From contig OZ024743.1 of NCBI GenBank assembly GCA_964016885.1, positions 315,332,001-315,396,000 on the forward strand: DNA of 64,000 nt, given 5' to 3'. This stretch comes from Eledone cirrhosa (lineage: Eukaryota). The position numbers and the translations under genes are program-made. The notes under the pieces were generated by a model that was not told the DNA's origin, searched no databases, and was given only the letters and a program-made list of their open reading frames with translations. Below, piece after piece: positions 1-15,247 of this stretch (its first letter is position 1; each line of letters begins with the position of its first letter).

Positions 1-45
1 TTTTCTGCCCGCCGAAATGCGATTCTCGCTGAATCTTTATTTGTA

Positions 46-146
<101 letters not shown>

Positions 147-354
147 GGGGGGAGGGAGAGAGAGAGAAAATAGTGGTTGATAGTTAAATTTGATAGAGAG
201 TCAGGGAGAGAGTGTGTGTTCTGAGTTACTGAGTGGGAATAATGATAGGTATCAACACGACAACAATCGTCTTGCTGAGCACAAGCTGAAACGGTTTAGC
301 ATCGTAGTTGGATTTATACATCACTCTATCTCTCTCTCTATATATATATATATT

Positions 355-540
355 TAATTGTTTCTACTTTAGGCACAAGGCCAGTAATTACCCAGTGCAT
401 TACTGGTACTTTATTTTATCGACCCCGTAAGGATGAAAGGCAAAGTCAACCTCGGCGTGATTTGAACTCAGGTCGTAAAGGGACGTAACTATGCTGGAAA
501 GCATGGCGTCCGACCCTCTACCGATACTGCCAATCCACCC
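355..540 (-). mobile_element. tRNA-derived SINE (copies at 2650-2833 +, 7142-7326 -, 57919-58098 +, fragment 21722-21782 -)
   Basis: Pol III A-box-like TGGCAGTATCGG and B-box GAGTTCAAAT; central GCCTTTCATCCT..GGGGTCGATAAAA..GTACCAG resembles the MetaSINE domain; five copies in the window. Confidence 0.85.
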
Positions 541-678
541 ATGTATGTATATATGTATGTATATGTATATATTTAATGCGACGAAATATCAATGATGATT
601 GGCAAATCACTGACGAAGGACTAATTTTATCATATGTAACCCATGTGCAACCACGCAGTATTCTTCTTTCTTCTCATG

Positions 679-765
<87 letters not shown>

Positions 766-1507
766 AGGGATTATAACGTCAAATTACTGTTGGTTTACCA
801 AAGTGAGCACTCGATGCGTAGTTTCCAGTATGTACTTTAGGGTTGTATTAAGAATAAGTATGGATGAAGTGTCAAATTTCCATTAAATGTACTTGCAGAA
901 AAACCACCCTCGAGTGGTTTTCTGCTAGCATGTGTAGTGTGTATATTGATATTATACGCAAGTATATATGCATGTAGATATGATCAAATAAAATCGTAAT
1001 TGACAATATACACAGAAATTGTCCCATATAATTAGTAACGTAATCCATGACAAATGATTAAAAAAAGACAATATTGTATATAAACTACATTAGGAGTGAC
1101 AGAATATATTTATGTTTATCTAAAAGATCGCTAACCGGAAGTGTTGACATTTGAAAATTTTAAAGTAGTGAATCTTTAAATAAGTAATAAAAAATATTTA
1201 ATGAACAGCCACGAAATTTAGTAGATAATTTATGAAATATTCATTCATTATTTATTCAAAGTAATCCAACTTAGTTTACTAGTGGGATAAAAAATGATAA
1301 ACCGTACGCAGTCCCGCGCTTCTTACTTTATTATAGTTTAGATTCAGGTTTGACACGCGTTTCTCGTGATTGTTCAACTCAAGGTTCGATCTCTATCGAT
1401 CGAACCTTGAGCTGTTCAATCGTGAAACGCACGTAACATCTGAATAAAGTTAATGAAAATTTGACACCTCGATCATACTTATTATCAATTATATATATAT
1501 AAGATGA

Positions 1508-1650
1508 AGGCACATGGGTTAAAGGTTAGAGAATTGGGCTTACACTGATCAGATTGTGAGATCAATTGCCGGAGAGGGTGGAGTGTTGTGTTGTTGAACA
1601 AGACACTTTATTTCACGTTGCTTCAGTTGCAGCTCTAGAAATGTATTGCT
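1508..1650 (+). mobile_element. Older tRNA/CORE-like SINE remnant (related copy ~16900-17155)
   Basis: Degenerate tRNA-like head followed by TTGAACAAGACACTTTATTTCACGTTGCT; similar TTGAACAAGACTC..TTGCTC..CAGCTGGCAAA near 16967. Confidence 0.5.
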
Positions 1651-1840
1651 GCCAAGCTATATTGACCATTGCGATTCTCTTGGAATACATTAGTGCTATG
1701 AAGAAGGGAAACTTCTATGCATGAGTGACTACTGTTTTTTCTGTCTTTGTGTCTCAGAATGGAACTTTCTTGGTGCAAAATCATTCGAAACTAAAGGGGA
1801 CCTTTACCTTTACCTATATATATGTACATATAAATACATC

Positions 1841-1882
<42 letters not shown>

Positions 1883-2188
1883 GTATATATGTATGTATAT
1901 TTATATATATATATGATTATAAAAAAGAAATATCAGTAGAAAATGGTAATGGGATTTTCTCATACAATAGCAGCAAAACATTTATTTATAACAAAGAAAT
2001 TTATCGTACCGGTTTCAGCTACCTGGGCTTCTTCATATTACCGGAAGTGTATAATAACATTTGTAAAGGATTTAAGTTGCTTATAAATAAGAATATGGTA
2101 AAACAAAATATGGTTTATATACATAAATATAGAAAAGTTCATAGTTTTATTTATCGCATTCTCTCTTTGGTAGTGTTAACTATATTTG

Positions 2189-2280
<92 letters not shown>

Positions 2281-2474
2281 ATTGGTTATGCACGAGTGCA
2301 TTAATGTTTTCCAGGACACAGTGTCATGTACCGTGTAGTGGAATGTCAGCTTACAACAGAGTGGTGCTCAACGAAATGCAGCTAAAAGGTGTATAATCCA
2401 GTTTAGCTATATTCCGGGGCGTGTATAAAGAATTAAAAAGAACGGAAAGATGCAGTAAAAGAGATTTATTCGGT

Positions 2475-2589
2475 TCTTACGTGCGTTTCAATAGACATCT
2501 ATTTGCCTAGATCTCGCTACATCTATAATATTATATATTTAGTAGAGCATTCGATATCCAATGCACAATCGATCCCATATCATCAGAGA
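2475..2589 (-). ncRNA. Hammerhead fold with long stem II insert
   Basis: Minus strand TCT-CTGATGA-tATGGG...TCTATt-GAAAC gcac GTA-AGA, then AATAAA. Confidence 0.55.
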
Positions 2590-2649
2590 TTAATCTCTGA
2601 TGATATGGGATCGATTGTGCATTGGATATCGAATGCTCTACTAAATATC

Positions 2650-2833
2650 GGTGGATTGGCAGTATCGGTAGAGAGTCGGACGCCATGCTTTCCAGCATAG
2701 TTACGTCCCTTTACGATCTGAGTTCAAATCCCGCCGAGGTTGACTTTGCCTTTCATCCTTACGGGGTCGATAAAATAAAGTACCAGTAATGCACTGGATA
2801 ATTGCTGGCCTTGTGCCTAAAGTAGAAACAATT
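2650..2833 (+). mobile_element. tRNA-derived SINE
   Basis: Reverse complement of 355-540. Confidence 0.88.
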
Positions 2834-2932
2834 ATAGATGTAGCGAGATCTAGGCAAATAGATGTCTATTGAAACGCACGTAAGAACCGAATAAATCTCT
2901 TTTACTGCATCTTTCTGTTCTTTTTAATTCTT

Positions 2933-2981
<49 letters not shown>

Positions 2982-3336
2982 AGAGAGGGGGGGGGGGGGA
3001 GAAATGGGGAGATAGTTAGAATGAAAGTCAGTGACAGAGAGAACACTACTTTGAATTGAATATATACCGTTCTAACCTACGTCGCTACTCACTATTCTTT
3101 TCATTGATATATGGGATATTTTTCGTCTTTATTTGTGCAATTCGCCGAAACTCTAGTGTTCCAGAGGTTGACTAAGTAGATGGGACTGTCTTTTTTTCCA
3201 TTGATGTTTCAATTGTCTTTGTCCTGCCCACTCTCCCCGCTTTGGAATAGACATTATATATATAATTTATATACATATATATGTGTGTATGTGTGTGTAT
3301 GTATGTATGTATGTATGTGTGTCTCTCTCTCTCCCT

Positions 3337-3432
<96 letters not shown>

Positions 3433-4380
3433 GAAGTTATGAAACGAAAGGAGCTGTGTGGTTACTAAAAACAAGCTTTAGGATGGTGGTTACGACGGAA
3501 CAGCAGGAGAAAGGAAGATATGAGTTTCCATCGTCAGTTGTAAATGTTTCCCGGACCAATGTTTTGGAGCTGAATTACAGGACATCGGTGTAGTTCGGGT
3601 GCGCCCGAGGCCTTTTATTAATCAAAAGGCCAGGTGCAAAAAAAAGGAGAGAAAGAGAGAAAAAAAGGGGTGAAAACGGGAGAGAGAAAAGGAAAGAGAG
3701 GGTAAGGAAAAAATGTGTACAAGTCACATCGTGGGAAGACACAGGTGAAAGAAACATGCCAAAAAGTAACCGTGGAAAAATAGGGAAAGTAAGTTGTGGC
3801 CTGCCTAGGAGACTTTAGCCTGGTGGTCAGCTACGACTCAGAGCTGGTAATACAAGGGATGGTAGCAATGACTTTAAGAATACAAAACTGTGCCGAGTGG
3901 AACGGCAAGCGTTAGGTGCTGACTGTTAGCGAGTATGTAAAGTCATGTACTACTTGTTCATTACATATGCTTTTCTGCCGATATTACCAAGAAAAATCTT
4001 GACTCTGCTAAATGGAATTAACAAAATCAAGGTGAATCTGACTGATTTCTTTACCGGAGCGTTATACACCATGAATGGGCATCAGAAGGAGATTCAAATA
4101 CAAGGGCGTACTGTCAGGAAGTTATCTGGCTTCATCGTGATTTGGGCCTCATAATACTGGCAGTTGAATCATGGCGTTTGATGTTGATGGAGTTGAGAAA
4201 GTACTGACTATCGAAGTAGAGACTAAATATTCTTTATTATTCCTAAGTGGTGAGTTTTGTTACTCTGGGGGGTTACCTGTGTACTCGAAGAGAGGAGTGG
4301 AAGAAAGATAAGGAGAGAAAGGGACGGGGAAATAGAGAGTAGATAGACGGACGCATTGAAGGATATATATATAGAGAGCG

Positions 4381-4520
<140 letters not shown>

Positions 4521-5598
4521 TTATGTAATTATGTAACGTAATGATATACAAATGCTGTAGAAATGTTCAACTAGTGAAGTAGTGTGAATGCTCAGTAATT
4601 TAAAATTTAATATCACATGGATGTCACTTAAGCACTTTTATCATCCCACAGAAACAACCGTTACTAAAATGAATATTTAAACATATTCAAATGGGGACAC
4701 TTTTAAAATTCAAATATAATATAAATGGTTATATTTCTCATCTTTGGGGAATGGAAGTTTATGTACTGTGATGGCTTGTTGGGTGATAGTATTTCCTATT
4801 TGAATTTAAATACTTTTAAATAGAGAACCTGCCGAAATTTGATGCGCATGATAACAGTGTTAGAAAAATTAATTCAGAATATAGTTATGCAAACACACTA
4901 ATTGTTTTTATTAAATGATAACATTAACAAATCAGTATATTTCATAAATAGGTTCGTGAAATATGTGGTTAAAATTGATTTAGAAAAACAAGTAAAATGC
5001 AAAGAGTGAACACGGGAATAAAGTAAGACAAAACAAAACAACTATACTCTATCTATACTTATCTTATATATATTGAAACCGATATATTTGCCAAAACATT
5101 GGACAACTTCGAATATTTCAAGTCTATTTCACTTTATTAAGATATTCAGTGCATATATTAACTATAAAATAGACTAAAAAACGTGTAAATAACGTTTGAA
5201 GATGAAAATAGATGGACAGAGACGCTTGCGTGGAAAAGTATATCTACCGAATAATGGTAGTGATAAGCTGGAGACGTCTATGTTCACCATTCGTCCATCT
5301 CTAACAGTAATTTATCTAATTTATTTGATACATTTAAACTTAATATATGCATTGTGGCAGCTTTTAATAAGAAAGGCAGATTTGAAATATATTTGTGTGT
5401 GCGTATATTTAATATGGCTTATCTCATAACTATTTTCAACTAATCAAATAGCTGGCAATTTGAGCAATGAGCTCTCTATACAATATGAGCGAATTTTCAA
5501 GCTCTTGTCAGAGTTGAGTGAGTTTTGACAAAATTCCCCGTCATTCCACCACAGACTGCGTTTCAAAATCATGAAAGTGTGATAGTGGTTAATGTTCA

Positions 5599-6314
<716 letters not shown>

Positions 6315-7141
6315 TATTTGCTAAACGTCTTTTAACAAAGACTTCAATTACTTTTTTACATATTTAAATTCAAGCATACATACATACACATACATACTTA
6401 CATACACAAATACATACATACATACATACATACATACATACATACATACATACATACATACATACATACATACATACATACATACATACATACATACATA
6501 CATAATGGCTATAAACTCTGCTAAGAGTATTGCAAACGCTTGTCATATTACAGAAAATTGTGCACTTTTAGGCTACGACCAGCCACACGAACCTGTAATA
6601 GATCCTGAACAAGCAATGTCTGTGCTTTGAAGGATTTTTAAATTGTGAAAGGCCTTGCTCTCGACCAATCCCACTCTCTGAGCAACGAAAACACTACCGA
6701 AAGGGAGAACTGGTCAACATCATCGGAGGCTTCGGAAGCTGTAGTTTTTTTTCAGAGTTTCCCTCTCTTAGAAAGGTGTTGTGACAACAACTGGGAGCCT
6801 TTCACTCCCAGGTGAAAAAAACACAAAAAACTACTATTTGGGTGGCCGTTAACTCTGCTGAGTTCCTCCGTCCTTTGCCGGGTCGTGTATTTCATCCCGC
6901 AGGGTGTCCAGATATCACCCTCCTCACCAAGCAAACTTGGTGGGGTTGCCGGTTTAGTCGCCGACGACCCGACATTGAGACATACATACATAATGGGTGA
7001 ATCTCAGTTTCAAAAATGTCATCCCTTGACCTTTTCTCATAAACGGTGGCACGAACATGACCTTTTCGTCCTGCGAAGGACTCGTAAGAAAAAAGAAACG
7101 GTCATGTTCATGCAACACACGTAAAAGCCGTTTAGATCACA

Positions 7142-7326
7142 TAATTGTTTCTACTTTCGACACAAGGCCAGTAATTAACCAGTACATTACTGGTACTTTA
7201 TTTTATCGACCTTGTAAGGATGAAAGGCAAAGTTAACCTCGACGAGATTTGAACTCAGATCGTAAAGGGGCGTAAATATGCTGGAAAGCATGTCCAACCC
7301 TCTACCAATTCTGCCAATCCACCGCC
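7142..7326 (-). mobile_element. tRNA-derived SINE
   Basis: Same family; flanked by a probable target-site duplication ccgtttagatca. Confidence 0.85.
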
Positions 7327-7582
7327 CGTTTAGATCAAATAATGTATGTGCTTGAAGCATTTTTAAGTTAAGAAGGGCCTTGCTCCACACCAATCCCACT
7401 CTCTGAACATCGGTGACAGGTATCCAAAAAGAATAACAGGTCAACATCATTGGTCATCATCAAGTCGCATGTTTTGCATTAGAGTTTTCCATCTTTTAGA
7501 ACTGATGTCCTAACTTGAACTAGTGGTTTTTCACTCCTGGTGTGCTACATGGACAACAAACTTAATTTGAACGTGTGAAATA

Positions 7583-7639
<57 letters not shown>

Positions 7640-7731
7640 GCAAAAGTTCTATTTAAATTGTTGGGATACAACAAGCAAATATTTTTATAACTGATATAAA
7701 GCACTCGACAAGTATTTGGAGTAAATATACG

Positions 7732-8143
<412 letters not shown>

Positions 8144-8324
8144 CAATGAAAGAACTTTGATAGACTATATATATATATTTATATCTGTATTTTAACTGTT
8201 GGTCAATCAATGATAAACGTTGATTGCCAAATAAATTAACTAAGGAGATATAAAATATACAGAAGCGAAAACCAACCATTATTTCTGGCAATATTATTAC
8301 AACAATATAACCCTCCCCAAGTAT

Positions 8325-8356
<32 letters not shown>

Positions 8357-8865
8357 TAAAGTGTAGTAGTTTGTTTGACCCTTTGTGGAATACGAAAGTG
8401 ATACGTGGCTATGTTTAGGAAACCCTACGGTACAAGAGGGATAGAATTACCAAGGCAACAACTAGGAAGAGAATTGAGAGAGGTGAGATAGAGAAAAGGA
8501 AGAAAATAAAAGGAAAATATTTTATTTAATTTTGGCTGCAACTGAAATTTAATATAATAAACAGCGAACAGAAAGAAAATCTGATTTATCCGAGCCCCCT
8601 TCTTCCTCTCCGGCTCTCCGGATCCATCTTGATAATAGACCGTAAATCTGAACATTTTCAGCAGTAATATATTACTAAGGTAACATTCAGACATTCGTTT
8701 CCTTTTATTTTCCCACTTTCTGCCTTCTACCTCAGTTCTCTCAATTCTCTTCACCTAAACTTACTCACTTTATATATATATATATTGTTAATGTAAAGAA
8801 GGATGTGCTCATGTGCAGAGATGCTATACAATTTGAATATTTGGATAGCACCGCTGCGCATGAGC

Positions 8866-8908
<43 letters not shown>

Positions 8909-9244
8909 CTTCTTTGCTATTGAAAGCTGAAATTCATTTATGAACTCTTACGATTCATAAATTCATTATATATGTTATGTTTGTTAATTTGTGGAAGTTG
9001 TTTATACGGGCTATTAACCTGAAGTATTCTCGCCATGCTACCCAGACATCCAAATAGTTTCTGTTGTGTGTGAAATATTGACAGTTATCGCTGTTTGCTG
9101 TCTATCGTTGAATCTGTTTTAGATCATTACATTGGGGGAATGAAGTATGATTTATGAAATATTCCACCGGGGTGGGACAATGATATTGAATATTAGCGTC
9201 AATATAACACTTAGCATGAACTGAAAAAACTGATCAAATGCGTG

Positions 9245-9279
<35 letters not shown>

Positions 9280-9399
9280 CGGCCACTTATATATTGGCGA
9301 TCGCATTCTTTCGGTAACTACTAAAGAATCGGGCCATAGGTAAGGGTTGGCTCGAAAACCGAATCGAATATAGTGAGTTTGGGTTCTACTCCTGGTTCC

Positions 9400-9705
9400 C
9401 TTATTCTGTTTACTGAATGCTGAAGTTGGCGCATTGCAGCACCAGCTCCGATACCATGGGCATGGGGTTAGAATGTCATAGCAGAGAATCGCTTGACAGA
9501 TTTTATAGGCAAAATGCAACAGGCAAAACACTCAGATCTCGAGCAAGATGGGTGGTTACCATCCATGAGTTTGTCTCGTCACGATTGGGGATCCAGCCGG
9601 ATCAAGATCAATTAGAGACGGTTGGTTCTGACAGGACCCGCTGGTAGGAGTGTTTGAGTACTCTGTCCGCACGACCCTCTCAGAAATAAGTGGATGAAAA
9701 ATAAA
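9400..9705 (+). mobile_element. Highly decayed 3' end of an RTE-like LINE
   Basis: TGK..RSRARWVVTIHEF..LGI..VGSDRTRW resembles the RTE C-terminal GRPR.RW...A.DR..W motif. Confidence 0.4.
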
Positions 9706-9793
9706 ATGTTTTATTTTAAACGACATCTTCTACATACGAATTACATTGAGTTCTTTATACGGTTTAGACCCTACCATTGAGTGGATAGATTTA

Positions 9794-9855
<62 letters not shown>

Positions 9856-9860
<5 letters not shown>

Positions 9861-10635
9861 TAAAATAACAGATTAAAGTTTAAGCAAAGAATCGCTGCTT
9901 TCACCCTTACCGGGATCTTCTGAAACTAACAAAGTCAGTCTGTAAACGCAGAAGTGGATATTTCAAAAAACGTTGCAACCGGAGGAAGACAGGAAGACGA
10001 TACTTTGGTTCGTGGTAACGTTCGTGTATGTATTTATTTAATCTCTATTACCTCTGTATTGTTTTTATTTACTTTATTCTTACCTCTGTAGCGGAGATTC
10101 ATTCGGTCTCCTAGTTAGAATTTTAGTCTACGACTTCTGCTATACCATTTACGTGGTTTTGTCTTTGCGTGCAATTGTTCTCCACAGTCCACATATGACG
10201 TATTATCTTCGTTTTTTTCGTTCATTGCCAGAGAATGACTCTATGAACCACCTAAGAGAACATTAGTCTACGACCTCTTTTATACCATAAACGTGGTTCT
10301 GTCTTTGCGCGTAATTGTTTTTCACCGCTCCTATTAATGACGTATTATATTCGTTTTTTCCCGTTCTTTGCCAGGGAACGTTTCCACGAACCAAAGTATC
10401 GTCTTCCTGTCTTCCTCCGGTTGCAACGTATTTTCAAATATCCACTTCTGCGTTTACAGATTGACTTTGTTAGTTTCAGAAGATCCCGTTAAGGGTGAAA
10501 GCAGCGATTCTTTGCTTAAACTTTAATCTGTTATTCTAATAAATATTTGCTCTACGGTTCTTATATATTTGATATATATTTATCCTTATCGAGCCCTCTT
10601 TGGATTTTAGTCTTCAAATTTATTATTATTACTAT
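9856..10635 (+). mobile_element. Fold-back hammerhead element (~165-bp arms, internal 2 x ~140-bp direct repeat, 3' tail)
   Basis: 9856-10022 vs 10376-10543 inverted; direct repeats start at ~10123 and ~10263; tail 10544-10635; (TA)n on both sides. Confidence 0.88.
10472..10522 (+). ncRNA. Hammerhead fold with variant core CAGAAGA and 5-bp stem III
   Basis: AGTTT-CAGAAGA-tCCC gttaa GGGt-GAA-AGCAG cgattct TTGCT-T-AAACT. Family copies near 6058, 9878 (-), 50270 and 55318. Confidence 0.6.
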
Positions 10636-11267
10636 ATATATATATATATCAAGTAAAATAGCGGAGCAAAGGACTGGCGTATAATCCTGTAATTAAATGA
10701 GCTCAACGGAAATCTTTTCCTGGGCACTTTAAAATATAATATATAAAGGGGAAAAACACAGAAGAGTGTGTTTTCTGTTACAGGAATTTTAAACCGCCAG
10801 CGTGAAGAGAATATAAGCTAATAGAGGCATATATGTATATATATATATATACTATATATATAATTTATATATATATATATCGTTTTTGAATTTGTTTTGC
10901 CAGATTTCTTATCTGAAAACGTGTGTTGAAACAAATATTGTTACACTTTAGGAAGGTCATATTGCCTATAAAAACACACACACCGGTCGATTGGTTCAAT
11001 AAGACGAAGGTTGTTTATATATAGTCAAATCTTTTTCGTCACATATACTCTGACCTCCTCAGTGACTAAGTATTTATTTTGTGTGTCTCTCCTTTGTTCT
11101 GTCCTACATCATCATGTGGTCACAGAATGTGTAACGAAAGAGCTTTGATTATATATAAACAACCATCCGGTTATCGAAGTACCAACCAACCGGAAATTTA
11201 TTTTGAATTGAAATGAAAAGCAACGGGTGCGTGTGTTTTTATTGGCAACATGACCCTCCCAAAGTAT

Positions 11268-11321
<54 letters not shown>

Positions 11322-11442
11322 GTGTGTTCGTGTGTATATCTGAGTGCGTCCCATATTTTCGAATAAGCATTCTGCAGTTCATTTTGAACACAGTTTGTAG
11401 GACCATATATATATATATAGTAAGTATGTTTCAAAACATACT

Positions 11443-11520
<78 letters not shown>

Positions 11521-11522
<2 letters not shown>

Positions 11523-12491
11523 CTAAAACAGAGAATGTATGCCTGTCTGTCCAATCACTAAAACACGAGTACCACCCAACCGAGTTTTTTCAAACTTTAC
11601 ACATGTAATACTTATGGCCCTGTGAGTGTTTGGAGCAAAGAATTTCAAAATGTCAATGCCCTAGAAACCGCATTAAACGATTTAACTATCTCTCTCTATA
11701 ACTCTTAGTCTTTCTCTTTTTAGATAGATACATAGATATAACGTTGTACCCTCAAAATATCTGTCTGTATGCCTGGCTATCTGCATTACGGAATTATGAC
11801 GTGATCAGTGTGTGTGTGTATATATATATATATATTCTTATGCCAGGGAACGTCTTCACGAACCTGTCTGTTTGTTTGTTCACGAACTTTTCCTATGGCT
11901 TAGGAGATAGACCACATAACCATATATATTCTGAAATTACATTGCCCAGAGTACTTAGATAAGTATATTTCATTCTAATCAAAGGGTTCCCCGGGGATTT
12001 GTTCCCGCGCTGAAAACGTTTCCCCTTCGATTTATATGAAATTTGACCAATAGGTAAATGACAAAATATGATGCCTATTCACAAAATTTCAGCAAATTTC
12101 GATAATATTAAGACACCATAATGGGGTTAAACTCCCTATTATGGTTCCCCAGTGGCACAAACCCCGCTGAAATTGTTTTCCTTTCGATTTATAAGAAATT
12201 TAAACTATGGGTAAATGACAAGATATGATGCCTATTCACAAAAGATTTGAATTGATATTTTGAAAAAAATTATTTACAAGAAACAAAATAAGAATAAGAT
12301 TTAATAATGTAATTTTAATTTGATATATTACAAAAAAAAATGTTTTCCAATATTTCAAGCATTACATTTTACATTGAGTAATATTGAAATGCAGAGTTTT
12401 TCTCCATAAATTATATCACTGATTCAAAATCAATCATCATTTTCTTTTAAAAAATGTGTAAATCGCCCCAAGGCGCGGGTAATTCGGCTAG
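11521..12491 (+). mobile_element. Composite non-autonomous Helitron
   Basis: The 5' part matches 5610-5900; the 3' part matches 50898-51260 and ends in a GC-rich hairpin plus CTAG|T. Confidence 0.75.
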
Positions 12492-12516
12492 TATATATAT
12501 ATATATATATATATAT

Positions 12517-12610
<94 letters not shown>
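12517..12610. repeat. Compound (AGC)n(AGT)n microsatellite
   Basis: Direct reading. Confidence 0.97.
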
Positions 12611-12741
12611 AATAAAAAGACCAAAATCCCGAGAGAACTCGATAAGAGTTTTATATAGGTATATATGTATATATAAAGCCGTTGAGCAAATATTTTTAAA
12701 TAGTAAAATTAATGGTTTAGGCAAACAATTCCTGAAATCTT

Positions 12742-12809
<68 letters not shown>

Positions 12810-14157
12810 TTCAGGAGATATCTTCTGATTCTGATAAGTCAACAGTTTATGATGAGTCACGTTATAAAATAGTACAAACGAGAGCTTTCAATCTTAGAAA
12901 AAAAACCCTTGTTTGAATCCAGTCACTTACTATATACATTCAGGTGTGAGAGAGTTAATGACGATTGAAGATCAAACTGATTGAAACGTAGTGTAGATGT
13001 CAATATCGAAATATTTTCCTGTATAATGATGACGTTAATGCTCGTAAACATCTCTATCACCTTATGACATCTATTTGAAGTTCAACGGTTGAGAAATAAA
13101 TTGATTTCCTAACTATCATGAAAGGAATCGAGTATGGAATTATTCAAATATATAAGCGTAATAGAATTATACAGCAATGTGAATGTCAAAACATTGGAGT
13201 TGCTCCTACGGTTCACAAATGACGTGACAATCTACAGTTTTATGTATATATTTAGATTGGTTGTGATCTTACCACTTTGACAGTGAAAAAGATACCAGAG
13301 CGACTGGCAATAATTGCATATTCAAAACCTACAAAAGCTTACGACTCAATATTGCTCTGTTGGATATAACGCTTTGCTGAAATATTGCGTCCATGTGGTA
13401 AGAATGTAAATCTATTCATACAATGCTTTCTTTTCCCCATTCAATTTATTTTCTCACTTCTGGGATACTACAATCACCAGATCAGAACCCTGCCAATCCC
13501 CATCATTTTATTCGACGCTCTAGCGATTCTGCCAATAAACTGCCTGTCTGTGATATACTATTCATTATATATGGTGTCGCATTCAATAAAGGAACTTGCC
13601 ACATTTCGAACAGTAACTGATATTCCAATTCATTCTCAATCATCAGGTTCTCTTCAAAGCTTTAACATTCTAGTTCTTCAGGCGAAACCTTAAATTTTCC
13701 ACCTATTTGCCTCTTTTCATTCATTATTTTTCTCTTTTACGTTGTATTTTTAATCCTGTATATCAACTTTGATATAGCAACACTATATCCTCTTCCTCAT
13801 TGTTTTCGTTTCATCCATCTGAATAGCTTTGCTCAATCTATTCCATAAAATCACAACCATTTGCAATATGATAAACCGATATTCTCACTTCAATGTGATC
13901 TATTTCAAATGCTGTTCTGTATATCTATCTTTATCTAGATATTCCAAATAAAAATAATTATGTTTAGCTTCAGTGGATTCTCTGGAGCAGATCAGTTTCT
14001 ATTTCTCATGAAATGCAGATATCTTTCTGATCATAGATTCAAGCCAAAGGATGGCGTACTTATATTTTATTTCTTAGAGATCTGGAACGAATTATATAGG
14101 TTTCGTCACGTTACACATACAAACTCCTACACATATTTTTGCTTACTGTTTTCAAAG

Positions 14158-14203
<46 letters not shown>

Positions 14204-14517
14204 TTTTGCGAGGTTTTTTATATGAAATCGTGTGTCGAAACAAATATTGCATACAATGCAACGGGAGGAAACATAATAGCACCACTGACGATGTTGCAGA
14301 TGTGCAACGAAAGAACTCTGTTAGACTATATATATGTGTTTGTGTCTATAGTGTATCTGTATTTTTGACCGTTAGTCAGTCAATGGTAACATCGAGGACC
14401 GAATAAATTAAATTAACCGATATAAAAGACACAGAAGCGAAAACCAACTAAACAGTGAGTGTGTTCTGTTATTAATTCTGGCAATATTATTACACAAATA
14501 TGACCCTCCCCAAGTAT

Positions 14518-14598
<81 letters not shown>

Positions 14599-15123
14599 GA
14601 AATATATGGAGAATAGAAATGGCTGTGTAGTTGCTATTTAAGATAACTTAAAATGCAGTGGGAATACGAAGAAAGCAAGAACGGGTGGGGAGGGGGGCGT
14701 TCCTCGTCAGTCGTCTACTGGGGTCTAGGATATTTCTACGCTTTAAACACAAGATACCACTTCACCCCAGAGCGCCAATAACTGGATAAGTTATTGGGAA
14801 AACGACGGAAGGATGGAAGGAAAGCAAATGGGAAGAGAAGAGAAACAGTAACAAAACAGCGAAAAAGAACACAAACCGAGGAATGTGAGAGCAACTGTAG
14901 GTAGGAAATCTAAGACCACTCGATAAGTTCGAGACCCAGTAATCGAGAGAAACAAGACACATGTCCCATCGCCGCAGTTGTAAGTGAGAAGAAAACTGCT
15001 AAACGGTCAGACGAGAGGATTAAAGTGAGAGGGAGCAGGGAGAGGAAGAAAGTTGGGTAAGAGTAGATAGGGAGAATGGGAGGGGAAGAAAGAGGCGAAA
15101 TAGGTAGAAGGGGAATATATATA

Positions 15124-15154
<31 letters not shown>

Positions 15155-15207
15155 ATATATATGTATACATGAATGTGTGTGTGTGTGTGTGTGTGAGTGT
15201 GTGTGTG

Positions 15208-15247
<40 letters not shown>

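Larger units (their letters stand above)
2424..2936. repeat. Fold-back palindrome (~165-bp arms), right arm split by a SINE
   Basis: 2424-2591 is the reverse complement of 2592-2648 plus 2832-2936. Confidence 0.9.

Noticed and set aside
610-640. Isolated CTGANGA matches (610, 49109)
   Set aside because: No correctly placed GAAA, NUH or closing stem I.
2650-2740. tRNA gene
   Set aside because: A/B boxes are present but there is no complete cloverleaf; it is the head of a multi-copy SINE.
8463-8757. Purine-rich/pyrimidine-rich imperfect inverted repeat (also 17401-17590)
   Set aside because: Too degenerate and low in complexity to assign; possibly old fold-backs, but no intact core is visible.
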